Notes: generated from the letters alone by a model not told the origin. Numbered from the stretch's first letter, positions 27,520-38,161 are shown. The stretch: 64,000 bases of DNA from Candidatus Nomurabacteria bacterium (GCA_026395995.1 JAPLXQ010000010.1:218179-282178), one strand, 5' to 3'. Made by a program: numbers and translations.

Positions 27520-27843
27520 TTACTTTTCTCTAAGCAATTCGTCAATCTTTTGTCTATTCTTTTCTCCTTTATCTATCTCGACTTCTAAAAAAGGAATATG
27601 TTTGGTTTCCATATTCTTTTTCAAGAACTCACGCATTTCTGGTCTTTTTCTTTTTGCGAAGAGTAAAGCTGTCTTTTCTTGAGAGTCAGGAAGCACACTG
27701 ATAAAAATTGTAGCCTTTTTTAAATCAGGGGAGACACTGATGCTGGTCACAGATATCAAAGAAGCAGAAGTACTTTCTTTGTTTAAGAAATTAGCTGTCA
27801 GTTCTTTTATTAATTTTTCCACCTTTTCAGTTCTTTGTGACAT
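27520..27843 (-). CDS. rbfA: ribosome-binding factor A
   Basis: KH-like RbfA pattern; immediately downstream of infB (conserved synteny). Start moved to the internal Met to avoid a 47-nt overlap with infB. Confidence 0.7.
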   Translation of the reverse strand: MSQRTEKVEKLIKELTANFLNKESTSASLISVTSISVSPDLKKATIFISVLPDSQEKTALLFAKRKRPEMREFLKKNMETKHIPFLEVEIDKGEKNRQKIDELLREK

Positions 27844-27847
27844 AATT

Positions 27848-29347
27848 TTATTTTTGGACGACAGCGAAACACTCGATAATATCTCCGGCGACAATTTCTA
27901 TTTTTGATTCAATCATCATACCACACTCGTCACCTTCGAGAGCAGCACTCGTCTTTGTCTTGCCTTTTTCCAAGTTTACTATTTTTCCACGACCAATTTC
28001 AAAATCTCTTCTTATTATTTTGACTACTTGGTCTAAAATTATTTTACCTTCTGTTACTTTTCCTCCGACTATTTGTTTTTCTTTTGTACGAGAAAAAGCT
28101 TTTATTATTTTCAATTTACCAATAGTCTCTACTGTCTCTATTCTTGGGCGTCTCTTCTCCATCTCTTCTTTTAGCCAATCAGTCATTTTGTATATAATAT
28201 CAAAAGTAGAAAGTGTAATATTTAATTTGTCTGCTAGGTCGATGGCATTTTTATCAGCTTTCATATTAAAAGCGATAATGATAGCATTCTCTCCAGCAAT
28301 TGCATTTTTCACATCAGATTCAGAGATTGGTCCGATACCTCTTTGGACTATTCTAAATTCAGCACTTTCACTGTTTATTTTACTTATTTCTTTTTCAATA
28401 GCTTCGAGTGATCCACCAGCATCAGCTTTTAAGATAATAGGAATCATTTTTTTATCTGATTTTACCCCCTCTCCTTTATAAGGAGAGGGCTGGGGTGAGG
28501 TTCTTTCTGAATTTTTTTCTAAATCTTTTTTGTTCTCAAAAGCCATAAATTCACTACCGACTTTTGGTACTTTGTCGAAGCCTACGAGGCGGACAGGGGA
28601 TGAAAAGGTCGATTCACCTATTACTTTTCCTAAAAAGTTTTCCATAATACGTGTACCACAAGAAGCATCTTCTACTGCTACTATCATTCCTTTTTTCAGA
28701 CTTCCGTTTTTAATTATCAAAGTCGCTTGAATACCTCTTTTAGAATCCAAATTTGCTTCAAGTACAAAGCCACTAGCAGGTAGAGACGTGTCTCCGGTAA
28801 AGCTTTCCATTTCAGCTAAGACTAAAATCAAAGAAAGCAATTCATCGACACCAGTGCCGACTTTTGCAGATACCAATACAAATGGAGTTTGTCCTCCAAA
28901 GTTTTCAAGATATATTTCGTGTTCAGCTAAGTTTATTTTTGTACGTTCAATATCAGCTCCTGGTTTATCAATTTTATTGATAGCGACGATACAAGGTGTA
29001 TTACTTTCTACGATTGTTTTATAAGCTTCGATGGTTTGAGGTTTTACTCCGTCTTCAGCTGAAACCATAAGAATTGCAATGTCTGCGATTTTAGCCCCAC
29101 GTTCACGCATTTTAGAAAAAGCTTCATGTCCAGGAGTATCGAGAAAAGTTATTTTTTTATCTTTCCCATTTTCGTCTTTATGAATTACTTCATAAGCAGA
29201 AATGTGTTGAGTTATACCTCCAGCTTCACGGTCGACAATATTTGTCTTGCGAATATAATCTAGCAAGGTTGATTTACCGTGGTCGATATGACCCATCACT
29301 GCGACCACTGGAGGTCTCTCTATTAGATTGTTTTTTTTATTTTCCAT
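27848..29347 (-). CDS. infB: translation initiation factor IF-2 (short form)
   Basis: G domain [30 protein letters not shown], domain II, and C-terminal IF2 domains. Contains an in-frame GC-rich palindromic insertion (28458-28498). Confidence 0.9.
   Translation of the reverse strand: MENKKNNLIERPPVVAVMGHIDHGKSTLLDYIRKTNIVDREAGGITQHISAYEVIHKDENGKDKKITFLDTPGHEAFSKMRERGAKIADIAILMVSAEDGVKPQTIEAYKTIVESNTPCIVAINKIDKPGADIERTKINLAEHEIYLENFGGQTPFVLVSAKVGTGVDELLSLILVLAEMESFTGDTSLPASGFVLEANLDSKRGIQATLIIKNGSLKKGMIVAVEDASCGTRIMENFLGKVIGESTFSSPVRLVGFDKVPKVGSEFMAFENKKDLEKNSERTSPQPSPYKGEGVKSDKKMIPIILKADAGGSLEAIEKEISKINSESAEFRIVQRGIGPISESDVKNAIAGENAIIIAFNMKADKNAIDLADKLNITLSTFDIIYKMTDWLKEEMEKRRPRIETVETIGKLKIIKAFSRTKEKQIVGGKVTEGKIILDQVVKIIRRDFEIGRGKIVNLEKGKTKTSAALEGDECGMMIESKIEIVAGDIIECFAVVQK
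28458..28498. repeat. GC-rich palindromic mini-element inserted in-frame within infB
   Basis: accccctctcctttataaggagagggctggggtgagg; on the coding strand it translates to [13 protein letters not shown] in the inter-domain linker. Confidence 0.6.
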
Positions 29348-29354
29348 AATAAGG

Positions 29355-29813
29355 TTATTTTATTTCAGCTTTCATTAAAGCTTCTTTTTCTTCAGTACTC
29401 AATTCATATTCTGATTTTCCATTTTTAATTGGTTTTGCAAAGACACTCATTCTTTCACGTGAATATAAACTAGATATAACGACACCGTCATTTTCTTCAT
29501 TTAATAATCCAATAGCAAAACTTTGGTTTGAACCTTGGTCGGGGAATGGGTTAAAGCGAACTGTTTCAAGCCCACGGATACTTTGTTTTAGTTTTTTGTT
29601 TATTACTGCTATTTCTTCTTCTGTATTTACTTTAGCTTCTTTTAATTTTTTTATATCTTCTGATAAAAGATAGATAGTATCTTCTAAATCTTTAGCCTTT
29701 TTACCCATAAAAAAATGAGCTAAACGCTTTTCTGTTTTGACTATCCAAAAGAGCATCGCCAATAGGCCAAGTCCAGCTAAAACAAAAAAAGCGATTTCGA
29801 GCTTTATATTCAT
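29355..29813 (-). CDS. membrane-anchored hypothetical protein
   Basis: N-terminal TM helix, coiled-coil-like middle region. Confidence 0.45.
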   Translation of the reverse strand: MNIKLEIAFFVLAGLGLLAMLFWIVKTEKRLAHFFMGKKAKDLEDTIYLLSEDIKKLKEAKVNTEEEIAVINKKLKQSIRGLETVRFNPFPDQGSNQSFAIGLLNEENDGVVISSLYSRERMSVFAKPIKNGKSEYELSTEEKEALMKAEIK

Positions 29814-29836
29814 ATAATTTAATATATACTATATAA

Positions 29837-31006
29837 GTGTTAAAATCAACCAAAAAACTTAATAAAATATACTTAGATTACGCTTCAGCTACCCCTATGG
29901 ATATAAATGTTTTAAAAGTACTCACTAAAGCCTTGAAGGAAAATTTTGCTAATGCTAGTGCTATTCATGATATGGCTGTCGAAAATAAGAAAGTTCTTGA
30001 TAATGCCCGTAAGGATGTGGCACGTTTTTTTGATGCTCATAGTAATGAAATCTTTTTTACGAGTGGATCTACTGAAAGTAACAATATTGTAATTCAAAAT
30101 TTTAAAAATATAGTTACGACAAACATAGAGCATGCTTCAATACTGGAACCCGCTCATTTGGTGAATACAACTTTTGTTGGGGTTGAATCAAATGGACTAA
30201 TAAATCCGAAGAAAATAAAAAAGGCGCTGACTTTGGAAACAGAATTAGTTTCTGTAATGTATGCAAACAATGAAATCGGCACAATACAGCCAATAAAAGA
30301 AATAGTGAAAGAAATTCGTCATTTTAATAAAACAAATAATACAAAAATTTTATTCCATACTGATGCGACACAAGCTGTGAATTATTTAGATATGAATGTT
30401 GAAAGACTCGGTGTAGACCTTATGTCTTTCAATGCTGGGAAAATTTATGGACCGAAGGGGATAGGGGCTTTGTATATTCGTCGCCGTACTCCGATTAAAA
30501 AAATAATTTTTGGTGGAGATCAAGAAAATGGAATGCGTGCCGGGACAGAAAATCTACCAGCTATTTTAGCTTTTGCTGAAGCCTTGAAAATTACAGAAAA
30601 AATAAAAGATAAAGAGGTCAAAAGATTAAAGAAATTACAAGAATATTTTATAAAGAAATTAAAAACTTTAGATAAAAATATTATTTTAAACGGTGATATA
30701 GAAAATAGGTTACCAAATAACATAAATATCACTATTCCTAAGATACCGAGTGATTTGCTCGTAATAGAGCTTTCAGCTAGAGGTGTGATGGTATCTGCGA
30801 AAAGTACCTGTAAATCAGGGGATGAAAAAGCTTCACATGTTATTCAAGCCATTCGTGAGTCTGAGCAAGGGGAGTCCTTACTCAATAAAGAAGTTGACGG
30901 ATCAATACGTTTTTCTATGGGACGTGAGACTACAAAACAAGACATTGATTATACTTTAAAGTCTCTTTCTCAAATTTTGTCTAAATTAAAAAAGTGGTAT
31001 ACTTAG
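29837..31006 (+). CDS. cysteine desulfurase (class V aminotransferase, IscS/NifS-like)
   Basis: YLDYASATP N-terminus, PLP-Lys region SFNAGKIYGPKGIGALYIRR, catalytic Cys loop SAKSTCKSG. Confidence 0.8.
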   Translation: MLKSTKKLNKIYLDYASATPMDINVLKVLTKALKENFANASAIHDMAVENKKVLDNARKDVARFFDAHSNEIFFTSGSTESNNIVIQNFKNIVTTNIEHASILEPAHLVNTTFVGVESNGLINPKKIKKALTLETELVSVMYANNEIGTIQPIKEIVKEIRHFNKTNNTKILFHTDATQAVNYLDMNVERLGVDLMSFNAGKIYGPKGIGALYIRRRTPIKKIIFGGDQENGMRAGTENLPAILAFAEALKITEKIKDKEVKRLKKLQEYFIKKLKTLDKNIILNGDIENRLPNNINITIPKIPSDLLVIELSARGVMVSAKSTCKSGDEKASHVIQAIRESEQGESLLNKEVDGSIRFSMGRETTKQDIDYTLKSLSQILSKLKKWYT

Positions 31007-31009
31007 GTT

Positions 31010-31543
31010 ATGGAAATGAAAGAATTAAACAAATCGCAACTTATATTATTAGCTCTGCTAATTTCTTTTGTGACGTCTATCGCCACAGGTATTTCGACTG
31101 TGACTTTGATGCAACAAGCACCACCATCTATCACTACTCCAATACAAAAAATAATCAGACAAACTGTTGAAAAAATTGTTCCATCTGATACAAAAGGTGA
31201 TGCGCTTACAGCTGATCAACAAAAATTACTTGAAAACTTAAAAGCCATCCAACCTCTTACTGTCTCTTTATTCTTAAAGGGAGATGCCATAAAGAAGATT
31301 GATGACAAGATTTTGGGCACAGGATTATTTTTAGGTAATGATAAGGTTGTTATTTCTTCTGTTATATCTCAACCAAAAGACGGGGAAGTATACATCGTAA
31401 AAAGTGTTTTAGGGGAACAAAAAATTTCAAAGATTATAGCTGATAAAGATTTCACCGTCGTCGAGCTTGCCCCAGTCGTCGCTACACCTACACCAGATAC
31501 TACAACTACTGGCACTACTCCAGCCATTCCTACAGTTCAGTAA
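31010..31543 (+). CDS. membrane-anchored hypothetical protein with Thr/Pro-rich tail
   Basis: N-terminal TM; C-terminal ATPTPDTTTTGTTPAIPTVQ. Confidence 0.4.
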   Translation: MEMKELNKSQLILLALLISFVTSIATGISTVTLMQQAPPSITTPIQKIIRQTVEKIVPSDTKGDALTADQQKLLENLKAIQPLTVSLFLKGDAIKKIDDKILGTGLFLGNDKVVISSVISQPKDGEVYIVKSVLGEQKISKIIADKDFTVVELAPVVATPTPDTTTTGTTPAIPTVQ

Positions 31544-31578
31544 TTTGACTTATTAATTTTTAATGTTATTGTATAAAT

Positions 31579-34242
31579 ATGCCACCACTAAATAGATTTA
31601 CAACTAAAGCTAAAGAAGCTATTAAAAAAGCGCACGAACTCGCTATTGAACGTGGGCAAAATCATGTATCTGCTATGCATTTACTTTCAGCACTTCTTTT
31701 ACAAGAAGAAAGTATTGTTCTTTCCATTTTAGATAAAATGGAAATTGATACAATGCTTTTGACCGACTCTGTTTTAGAAGCGATTGAAATTCCTGAAACT
31801 CGCTCGACTCTTTCGCCTGCATATCAAATATATTTGACTCCTGATATGGCGACAGCACTTGAGCAATCTGCAAAAACTGCGGAAACAATGAAAGATGAAT
31901 TTGTATCTACAGAACATCTTTTTATTTCTTTACTTGAAATACAAAGTGATACACATGAAATGCTGACTCGTTTTAAAATCTTCAAAGAAAATGTCGTAAA
32001 AATATTAGAAGATCTTCGTTCACAAGGACATGACAATGCTTCCACTCCAAAGAAAAATAAATTAATTACAAAATATACTCGCAACCTTACAAAGCTCGCT
32101 CGCGAAGATAAGCTTGATCCTGTCATTGGTCGTGATACAGAAATAATGCGTATAATGCAAATACTTTCTCGTCGTACAAAAAATAATCCTATTTTAATAG
32201 GTGAAGCTGGTACAGGAAAAACAGCTGTCGTCGAAGGTTTAGCAAATAGAATTGCCAAGGGTGATGTCTCTGAATCACTTCGTGATAAAGAAATTGTCTC
32301 TCTAGATCTCGGCTCTATGATTGCGGGCACAAAATACCGTGGAGAATTTGAAGAACGTTTGAATGGTTTGATGAAAGAAATAGAAAGAGCTGAAGGAAAA
32401 ATAATTCTTTTTATTGATGAAATACATACTATTGTCGGAGCAGGTGGAGCCGAAGGGACTCTTGATGCTTCCAATATGCTAAAGCCTGCACTTTCTCGTG
32501 GAGAACTTCGGGCTATCGGTGCGACAACTTTGAAAGAATATCAAAAACATATTGAAAAAGATCCTGCATTGGCTCGTCGTTTTCAGCCTGTCTATGTCGA
32601 TGAACCAAATATCGAAGATGCAATTACAATTCTTCGTGGACTTAAAGAGCGTTATGAGCTTTTTCATGGTGTCCGAATTACCGATGATGCAATTTTGTCT
32701 GCTGTGAATTTAAGTGCACGATATATCACAAATAGATTTCTACCAGACAAGGCTATCGATCTTATAGACGAAGCTTCTTCGTCCTTAAAAATTGCTATTG
32801 AAAACAAACCAAAAGAACTCGAAGATGCACATAGAAAAATAATGCGTTTGGAAATTGAAAAAGAAGCTTTGAAAAAAGAGACTGATGCCAAAAGTCGTGT
32901 AAAAGAAATTGATAATGCTATTGGTAATTTACAAGAGAAAACAAAAGAACTCGAACTTAAATGGAAAAATGAGAAGTCTACAGTCTTAGAGATTCGTTCG
33001 ATTAAAAAAGAATTGGAAACTCTTCGTGTGGAAGCTGAAAATGCAGAAATGCGTGCCGATCTTGCCTTGGCTGCAGAAATTCGTTATGGAAAAATTCCTG
33101 AATTGAAAAAGGAATTGGAAAGTAAATTACTTCGTTTAAAGAAATTACAAAAGTCTCGCCGAATCTTGAAAGAAGAAATTACAGCGGAAGACATTGCCGA
33201 AGTTGTAGCTCGCTGGACTGGAATTCCACTTACAAAAATGATGGAAGAAGAACGTGCAAAACTCGCCCGAATGGAGGAAGAATTGGCTAAACGCGTTATT
33301 GGTCAAAAGGAGGCTATTACTCGTGTGGCAGACGTTATACGCCGTTCTCGTGCTGGTATTTCAGACCCAAATAGACCAATCGGTTCATTTATATTCCTCG
33401 GTCCTACGGGTGTCGGAAAGACAGAGCTTACGAAGTCTTTAGCTCAATTTATGTTCAATGATGATCGCGCACTTATTCGTGTCGATATGTCTGAGTTTAT
33501 GGAACGTCACAGTGTCTCAAAACTTATTGGTTCACCACCAGGATATGTCGGTTATGAAGAAGCCGGACAGCTGACAGAATCAGTCCGTCATCGCCCTTAT
33601 GCTGTGATTCTTTTTGATGAAATTGAAAAAGCTCATCCAGAAGTTTTCAATATGCTTTTACAAGTTCTCGATGAAGGACGCCTGACAGATGGAAAAGGAA
33701 GAATTGTAAATTTCAAAAATACAATTATTATTTTGACTTCAAACATTGGCTCACAATTTGTAGAGAAAATGGAATCAATTGGTTTCTCAAATAATTCTGC
33801 TATTGAAAATTATTCTCAAACAAAAGATAAGGTCATGGAAAGTTTGAAAGATCATTTTTCTCCAGAATTTTTGAATCGTCTAGACGAGACTATTGTCTTT
33901 GATGTTCTTTCTCCAGAAGCTATACGTGAAATTGTAAACTTGAGAATCCAGGTTGTCGTCGAAAGATTAAAAGTAAAGGAAATTGGTTTTGAAATTTCTG
34001 AACAAGCTTTGGATTACTTGGCAAAAGAAGGTTACGATCCACATTTCGGTGCTCGCCCTATAAATAGACTGATTCAAACTAAAATCCTTAATCCCGTAGC
34101 TTCATATATTATTTCCAAGGGTACAAAGAAAGGGGATAAAGTATATGTCACAATGAAAAACAATGAGCTTAATATTGAAACTAAAAAATCCAAAATCAAA
34201 AGTCCTTTTGTCTCAAAAGCTAAAGTAGAAAAAAGTAAGTAA
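31579..34242 (+). CDS. clpB: ATP-dependent chaperone ClpB
   Basis: Two AAA+ modules (GEAGTGKTA / GPTGVGKTE Walker A), middle coiled-coil domain, Clp N domain. Confidence 0.9.
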   Translation: MPPLNRFTTKAKEAIKKAHELAIERGQNHVSAMHLLSALLLQEESIVLSILDKMEIDTMLLTDSVLEAIEIPETRSTLSPAYQIYLTPDMATALEQSAKTAETMKDEFVSTEHLFISLLEIQSDTHEMLTRFKIFKENVVKILEDLRSQGHDNASTPKKNKLITKYTRNLTKLAREDKLDPVIGRDTEIMRIMQILSRRTKNNPILIGEAGTGKTAVVEGLANRIAKGDVSESLRDKEIVSLDLGSMIAGTKYRGEFEERLNGLMKEIERAEGKIILFIDEIHTIVGAGGAEGTLDASNMLKPALSRGELRAIGATTLKEYQKHIEKDPALARRFQPVYVDEPNIEDAITILRGLKERYELFHGVRITDDAILSAVNLSARYITNRFLPDKAIDLIDEASSSLKIAIENKPKELEDAHRKIMRLEIEKEALKKETDAKSRVKEIDNAIGNLQEKTKELELKWKNEKSTVLEIRSIKKELETLRVEAENAEMRADLALAAEIRYGKIPELKKELESKLLRLKKLQKSRRILKEEITAEDIAEVVARWTGIPLTKMMEEERAKLARMEEELAKRVIGQKEAITRVADVIRRSRAGISDPNRPIGSFIFLGPTGVGKTELTKSLAQFMFNDDRALIRVDMSEFMERHSVSKLIGSPPGYVGYEEAGQLTESVRHRPYAVILFDEIEKAHPEVFNMLLQVLDEGRLTDGKGRIVNFKNTIIILTSNIGSQFVEKMESIGFSNNSAIENYSQTKDKVMESLKDHFSPEFLNRLDETIVFDVLSPEAIREIVNLRIQVVVERLKVKEIGFEISEQALDYLAKEGYDPHFGARPINRLIQTKILNPVASYIISKGTKKGDKVYVTMKNNELNIETKKSKIKSPFVSKAKVEKSK

Positions 34243-34296
34243 AATAAAATCTAAAAAAGATGCAAAAAATTTGATTTTATGTTATTTTATATGAAT

Positions 34297-34379
34297 GCGT
34301 CGGTGGTAGAGTGGTCAATTACAACAGACTGTAAATCTGTCGCCTTCGGGCTACGAAGGTTCAAATCCTTCCCGACGCA
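34297..34379 (+). tRNA. tRNA-Tyr (anticodon GTA)
   Basis: Acceptor gcgtcgg/ccgacgc, loop ctGTAaa, long variable arm typical of bacterial tRNA-Tyr. Confidence 0.8.
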
Positions 34380-34383
34380 CAAA

Positions 34384-34420
34384 AAAATTCCTTAATTAGT
34401 TAAGGAATTTTGCATTTTAT
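34384..34420 (+). terminator. hairpin terminator
   Basis: aaattccttaattagttaaggaatttt. Confidence 0.5.
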
Positions 34421-34506
34421 CTTCATATAGACTTCATTGTCGTTAAGGTATTATTAATTTATGAAAATTACAAAACAATTTTTATTATTAATAACTTTAA
34501 ATAAAT

Positions 34507-35730
34507 ATGAATAATCCATTTCAAAACGCAATGCATCAGCTCGAAAGAGCTACAAAGGTACAAAAATTTAGCTCAGAATTTATGTCACGTCTCGCTCAAC
34601 CAGAGAGAGAAATTAGAATAGCTATTCCAATAGTTATGGACGATGGCTTATTAAAAGTTTTTGAAGGCTATAGGGTTCAATATAATAGTGCCCGTGGTCC
34701 TTATAAGGGTGGTATTAGATATCATCAAGATACTGAAATTAACGAAGTAAAAGCTTTGGCTTTTTGGATGGCGCTGAAATGTGCTGTCGCAAATATTCCA
34801 ATGGGTGGAGGTAAAGGTGGTGTCACTGTCGACCCAAGAGAATTATCAAAAAATGAAATTGAAAAACTTTCACGTGGATGGGTTCGATTGATGGCTCAAA
34901 ATATTGGTCCAAAAGTCGATGTACCGGCACCTGATATGAATACTACTCCAGAAATTATGTCTTGGATGTCTGATGAATATTCAAAAATAACAGGAGATAA
35001 AACAAATGCCACATTTACAGGTAAGCCAATAGAAAATGGTGGATCAGAAGGCCGAGGTCCAGCTACAGGGCTCGGTGGATTTTATGTATTTGATATTCTT
35101 CGTCAAAAAATGAATTTACCAGAATCATGCAATATAGTTATTCAAGGATTTGGAAATGTCGGTGGTAATGCTGCAAATATTTTTTATAAAAATGGACATA
35201 AAATAATTGCCTTGTCAGATGTCGAAGGTGGAATTCTTAAAGAAGATGGAATCGATATAACAGCTTTAAATGAATATCGAAAAGTAAATGGAAAAATTAT
35301 AGATTTTCCTGGGTCTAGAAAAATATCTAATGATGAATTATTAACTCTAGAATGTGATGTACTTATTCCAGCTGCACTAGAAAGCCAGATTACAGAAAAA
35401 AATGCTAAAGATATAAAAGCAAAACTTGTCATGGAGCTAGCAAACGGTCCCACTACTCCAGAAGCAGATGATATTTTATTTGGACGTAATATTCCTGTCA
35501 TACCAGATATTTTAGCAAATGCTGGTGGGGTGACTGTTTCGACTTTTGAATGGGAACAAAATCTAAAAGGGGAACATTGGGGCGAAGATGAAGTATTTTC
35601 AAAGCTTAAGGTAATCATGGAAACTGAAGCCTTGGGGATTTATGAAAAAGCAAAAATACTCAATACTGACATGCGTCGATCTGCGTTTATTATAGCCTTA
35701 GAAAGGATAGAAAAGGCAACAAAGATATAA
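34507..35730 (+). CDS. gdhA: Glu/Leu/Phe/Val dehydrogenase family protein (short form, probable glutamate dehydrogenase)
   Basis: Substrate-binding K-rich glycine motif IPMGGGKGGV, dinucleotide-binding GFGNVGG. Confidence 0.8.
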   Translation: MNNPFQNAMHQLERATKVQKFSSEFMSRLAQPEREIRIAIPIVMDDGLLKVFEGYRVQYNSARGPYKGGIRYHQDTEINEVKALAFWMALKCAVANIPMGGGKGGVTVDPRELSKNEIEKLSRGWVRLMAQNIGPKVDVPAPDMNTTPEIMSWMSDEYSKITGDKTNATFTGKPIENGGSEGRGPATGLGGFYVFDILRQKMNLPESCNIVIQGFGNVGGNAANIFYKNGHKIIALSDVEGGILKEDGIDITALNEYRKVNGKIIDFPGSRKISNDELLTLECDVLIPAALESQITEKNAKDIKAKLVMELANGPTTPEADDILFGRNIPVIPDILANAGGVTVSTFEWEQNLKGEHWGEDEVFSKLKVIMETEALGIYEKAKILNTDMRRSAFIIALERIEKATKI

Positions 35731-35777
35731 AGTGATATTTAGTTGCATTTTTTGGGCTTTTGTATTAAGATAGTCAT

Positions 35778-35942
35778 ATGTCAAACGATAGACTTTTTAG
35801 ATTAAAATGCAGTACTTGCAAGAACGCCAATTATTACAGTACTAAAAATAAGAAACTCGTCACTAAAAAGATTGAGCTTTTGAAGTTTTGTAAAACTTGC
35901 CGAAAGAAAACTAAACACAAAGAAGCCAAAATTACTGGCTAA
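35778..35942 (+). CDS. rpmG: 50S ribosomal protein L33 (missed by the 60-aa ORF cutoff)
   Basis: MSNDRLFRLKCSTCKNANYYSTKNKKLVTKKIELLKFCKTCRKKTKHKEAKITG: two CxxC pairs and the KHKE tail typical of L33; terminator follows at 35959-35984. Confidence 0.7.
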   Translation: MSNDRLFRLKCSTCKNANYYSTKNKKLVTKKIELLKFCKTCRKKTKHKEAKITG

Positions 35943-35958
35943 TACTGTTATAAATATT

Positions 35959-35984
35959 ACCGCCTTCAGGCGGTTTATTTATTT
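35959..35984 (+). terminator. rho-independent terminator of rpmG
   Basis: accgccttcaggcggt followed by TTATTTATTT. Confidence 0.65.
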
Positions 35985-36130
35985 AATATAGAAATAATTT
36001 TAAATTTTTAATTCTTGTGATATAATAAGGTCGGCAGTAAATGTTTGCTGCTTGCTCTTTATTTTTTAGGGATCAATTCGTAATGATTTGGTCCTAGGGG
36101 GTACGTAATTTATTAATTTTGCGCTATCCC

Positions 36131-36160
36131 TGCTCCTCCGATTTTATCGGAGGACGTGGG
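36131..36160. repeat. GC-rich CT/GA-arm palindrome (tcctccgat ttt atcggagga) within a structured 300-bp intergenic region
   Basis: 9-bp perfect inverted repeat flanked by ccc/ggg; the 35985-36281 region also carries an extended -10 (tgatataat at 36018-36026) and several further hairpins. Confidence 0.45.
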
Positions 36161-36281
36161 CGATTTATAGTCGGTATAATTTTGGAGTTCAACTCTCCAG
36201 TCGTCCTCAATTTTAGTTCGTAAAATAGTTTAGTATTTCATTTTTTGTTTGTTGTAGTATAATAGTTATGTAACCCTATGA

Positions 36282-36950
36282 GTGGGTTTTATTATGAAAA
36301 AAGATTTACAACAAAAAGCAAAGAAATTAAGAGCTGAGGGTTATTCAATTAAAGAACTTCAGAATATTTTAAATGTATCAAAGAGTACAATTTCTTTATG
36401 GGTAAGAGATATTGAACTTTCTAAAGATGCTCAAATACGCATTCAAAATAATTACACAAAAGGTCAATTGGCTTCTCAAAAAACTATACAAAAACAAACT
36501 CAAGAAAAAAATATTTTAGCTGATAGTTTCGCAGAAAATATTATCAAACAAATAGATATTTCTTTTGAAAATTCATTAGTATTGTGTTCGATGATATATC
36601 AGTGTGAGGGTAGTAAAAACATAAAAGATTCTGTTACTTTTACAAATTCTGATCCAGCTCTAATAAAGAATTTCTTGTTCTTTTTTAGAAAAAGTTTTCA
36701 TTTAGATGAAAGTAAATTCAGAGTTTTAATGCACTTACATAGTTATCATAATGAAAATACGCAAAAGAAATTTTGGTCTAATATTACAAATATTCCCACA
36801 AAAAATTTTTTAAAAACTTTCAATAAAGAAAGTACTGGTTCTTATAAAAAAGAAGGGTATCAAGGATGTATTCAAGTTCGTTATCGTGATGTTGTAATGG
36901 GTAGAAAAATTCAAGCGGTTGCAAAAAAGTTTATGGAAAGGTATAAATAG
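36282..36950 (+). CDS. HTH-domain protein with putative single-motif LAGLIDADG-like endonuclease domain (paralog A)
   Basis: N-terminal HTH (KKLRAEGYSIKELQNILNVSKSTISLWV); core LVLCSMIYQCEGSK...NSDP...FLFFFRKSF is homologous to 61541-62167 and resembles LAGLIDADG helix plus beta-sheet. Ends 8 nt before tRNA-Trp. Confidence 0.4.
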   Translation: MGFIMKKDLQQKAKKLRAEGYSIKELQNILNVSKSTISLWVRDIELSKDAQIRIQNNYTKGQLASQKTIQKQTQEKNILADSFAENIIKQIDISFENSLVLCSMIYQCEGSKNIKDSVTFTNSDPALIKNFLFFFRKSFHLDESKFRVLMHLHSYHNENTQKKFWSNITNIPTKNFLKTFNKESTGSYKKEGYQGCIQVRYRDVVMGRKIQAVAKKFMERYK

Positions 36951-36957
36951 TATGCAC

Positions 36958-37028
36958 GGGCCTATAGTTCAGTGGTAGAATAAACGTCTCCAACACGTTT
37001 GACCGGGGTTCGAATCCTCGTGGGCCCG
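36958..37028 (+). tRNA. tRNA-Trp (anticodon CCA)
   Basis: Acceptor gggccta/tgggccc, loop ctCCAac. Confidence 0.75.
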
Positions 37029-37051
37029 CAAAAATTTGATATACTAGTTAC

Positions 37052-37465
37052 ATGGAAAAAGAACATCTAAAAGTGAATGTGGCTGTAGGTGTCGTCATTA
37101 AACAAAACGACAAATATCTTTTAGTGCAAGAAAAAAAGCCTAGTGCTTATGGTCTTTGGTGTTTACCAGCAGGTAGAGTCGATATTGGTGAATCAATCGA
37201 ACAAGCAGCAATAAGAGAAGTAAAAGAAGAAACAGGGTATGATATAGAGCTGATAAAAGAGCTAGCTGTTTTCCATCCTATGACAAATCCTACTGAGGCT
37301 GTAAAACATGCTTTTGAAGCAAAAATAATAGGTGGAGAATTAAATTTTCCAAAAGATGAAATGCTTGATGCTAGATGGTTTACATTTGAGGAAATAAAAC
37401 AAATGGAAGACAAACTTAGAAATGAATGGATATTCAAATCTATAACTATATTAGAAGGTAAATAG
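37052..37465 (+). CDS. NUDIX hydrolase
   Basis: Nudix box GRVDIGESIEQAAIREVKEETGY. Confidence 0.75.
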   Translation: MEKEHLKVNVAVGVVIKQNDKYLLVQEKKPSAYGLWCLPAGRVDIGESIEQAAIREVKEETGYDIELIKELAVFHPMTNPTEAVKHAFEAKIIGGELNFPKDEMLDARWFTFEEIKQMEDKLRNEWIFKSITILEGK

Positions 37466-37482
37466 ACTTTCCCAACAAGAGT

Positions 37483-37510
37483 GGTTCCAACAGCCAATAC
37501 ACTGCCCGCA
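37483..37510. repeat. 28-bp direct repeat, copy 1 (second copy 38133-38161)
   Basis: ggttccaacagccaa(t/c)(c)acactgcccgca found just after the stop of two consecutive genes. Confidence 0.6.
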
Positions 37511-37538
37511 TCTTTTTTTTTGATGTATAATTACAGCT

Positions 37539-38111
37539 ATGAAGAAAAATTTAGCTTTTGATTTTGATGATGTTCTTTGCGATACAACCAAAGCATTTTT
37601 ACTATTTCACAAGAAAAAATATGGAAGTACGATTCCTTATACCACTGCTAAAGTTGTATTATATAAAAACTTACACATTAGTGAAAAAGAAGAAGATAAA
37701 AGATGGAACGAATTCTTTCAAGATACAACATTTTGCTATCCTGCTCCATCAAAAAATCTTATAGAAATACTGCAAATACTCAAGAAGGATTACCGTCTAA
37801 TAGTAATATCAGCTCGAGATAAAAAATGGCAATATAATGTCTTTTCTTGGATAGAAAAATACGTGCCTAATGTTTTTGAAGAAATTATATTTCTTGATAG
37901 TAGGGGAGTTAAAAAGAGTAAAGGGATGATTTGCAGAAAAAATAAAACAATAGCCTTAATTGAAGACGACCCAGAGCACATAAAATCATGTGTTGATTTT
38001 GAAATGCCAGTTATTGTTTTTGACAGACCTTGGAACAAAAAACTTAAGAAAAGTATACCGAGGATTAAAAGTCTATCTCAAATAAAAAAGATACTATCTA
38101 CAAAATTTTAA
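37539..38111 (+). CDS. HAD-superfamily 5-prime(3-prime)-deoxyribonucleotidase-like hydrolase
   Basis: HAD motif I FDFDDVLCDT. Confidence 0.55.
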   Translation: MKKNLAFDFDDVLCDTTKAFLLFHKKKYGSTIPYTTAKVVLYKNLHISEKEEDKRWNEFFQDTTFCYPAPSKNLIEILQILKKDYRLIVISARDKKWQYNVFSWIEKYVPNVFEEIIFLDSRGVKKSKGMICRKNKTIALIEDDPEHIKSCVDFEMPVIVFDRPWNKKLKKSIPRIKSLSQIKKILSTKF

Positions 38112-38132
38112 CCCTTATTTATCAATAAACCC

Positions 38133-38161
38133 GGTTCCAACAGCCAACCACACTGCCCGCA
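38133..38161. repeat. 28/29-bp direct repeat, copy 2
   Basis: ggttccaacagccaaccacactgcccgca, followed by terminator hairpin aaaagagcttaaatggctctttttt. Confidence 0.6.

Noticed and set aside
27848-27894. rbfA start at 27894 overlapping infB by 47 nt
   Set aside because: The internal Met at 27843 gives a typical 4-nt gap or overlap and a normal-length RbfA, so the extension is considered an ORF-caller artifact.
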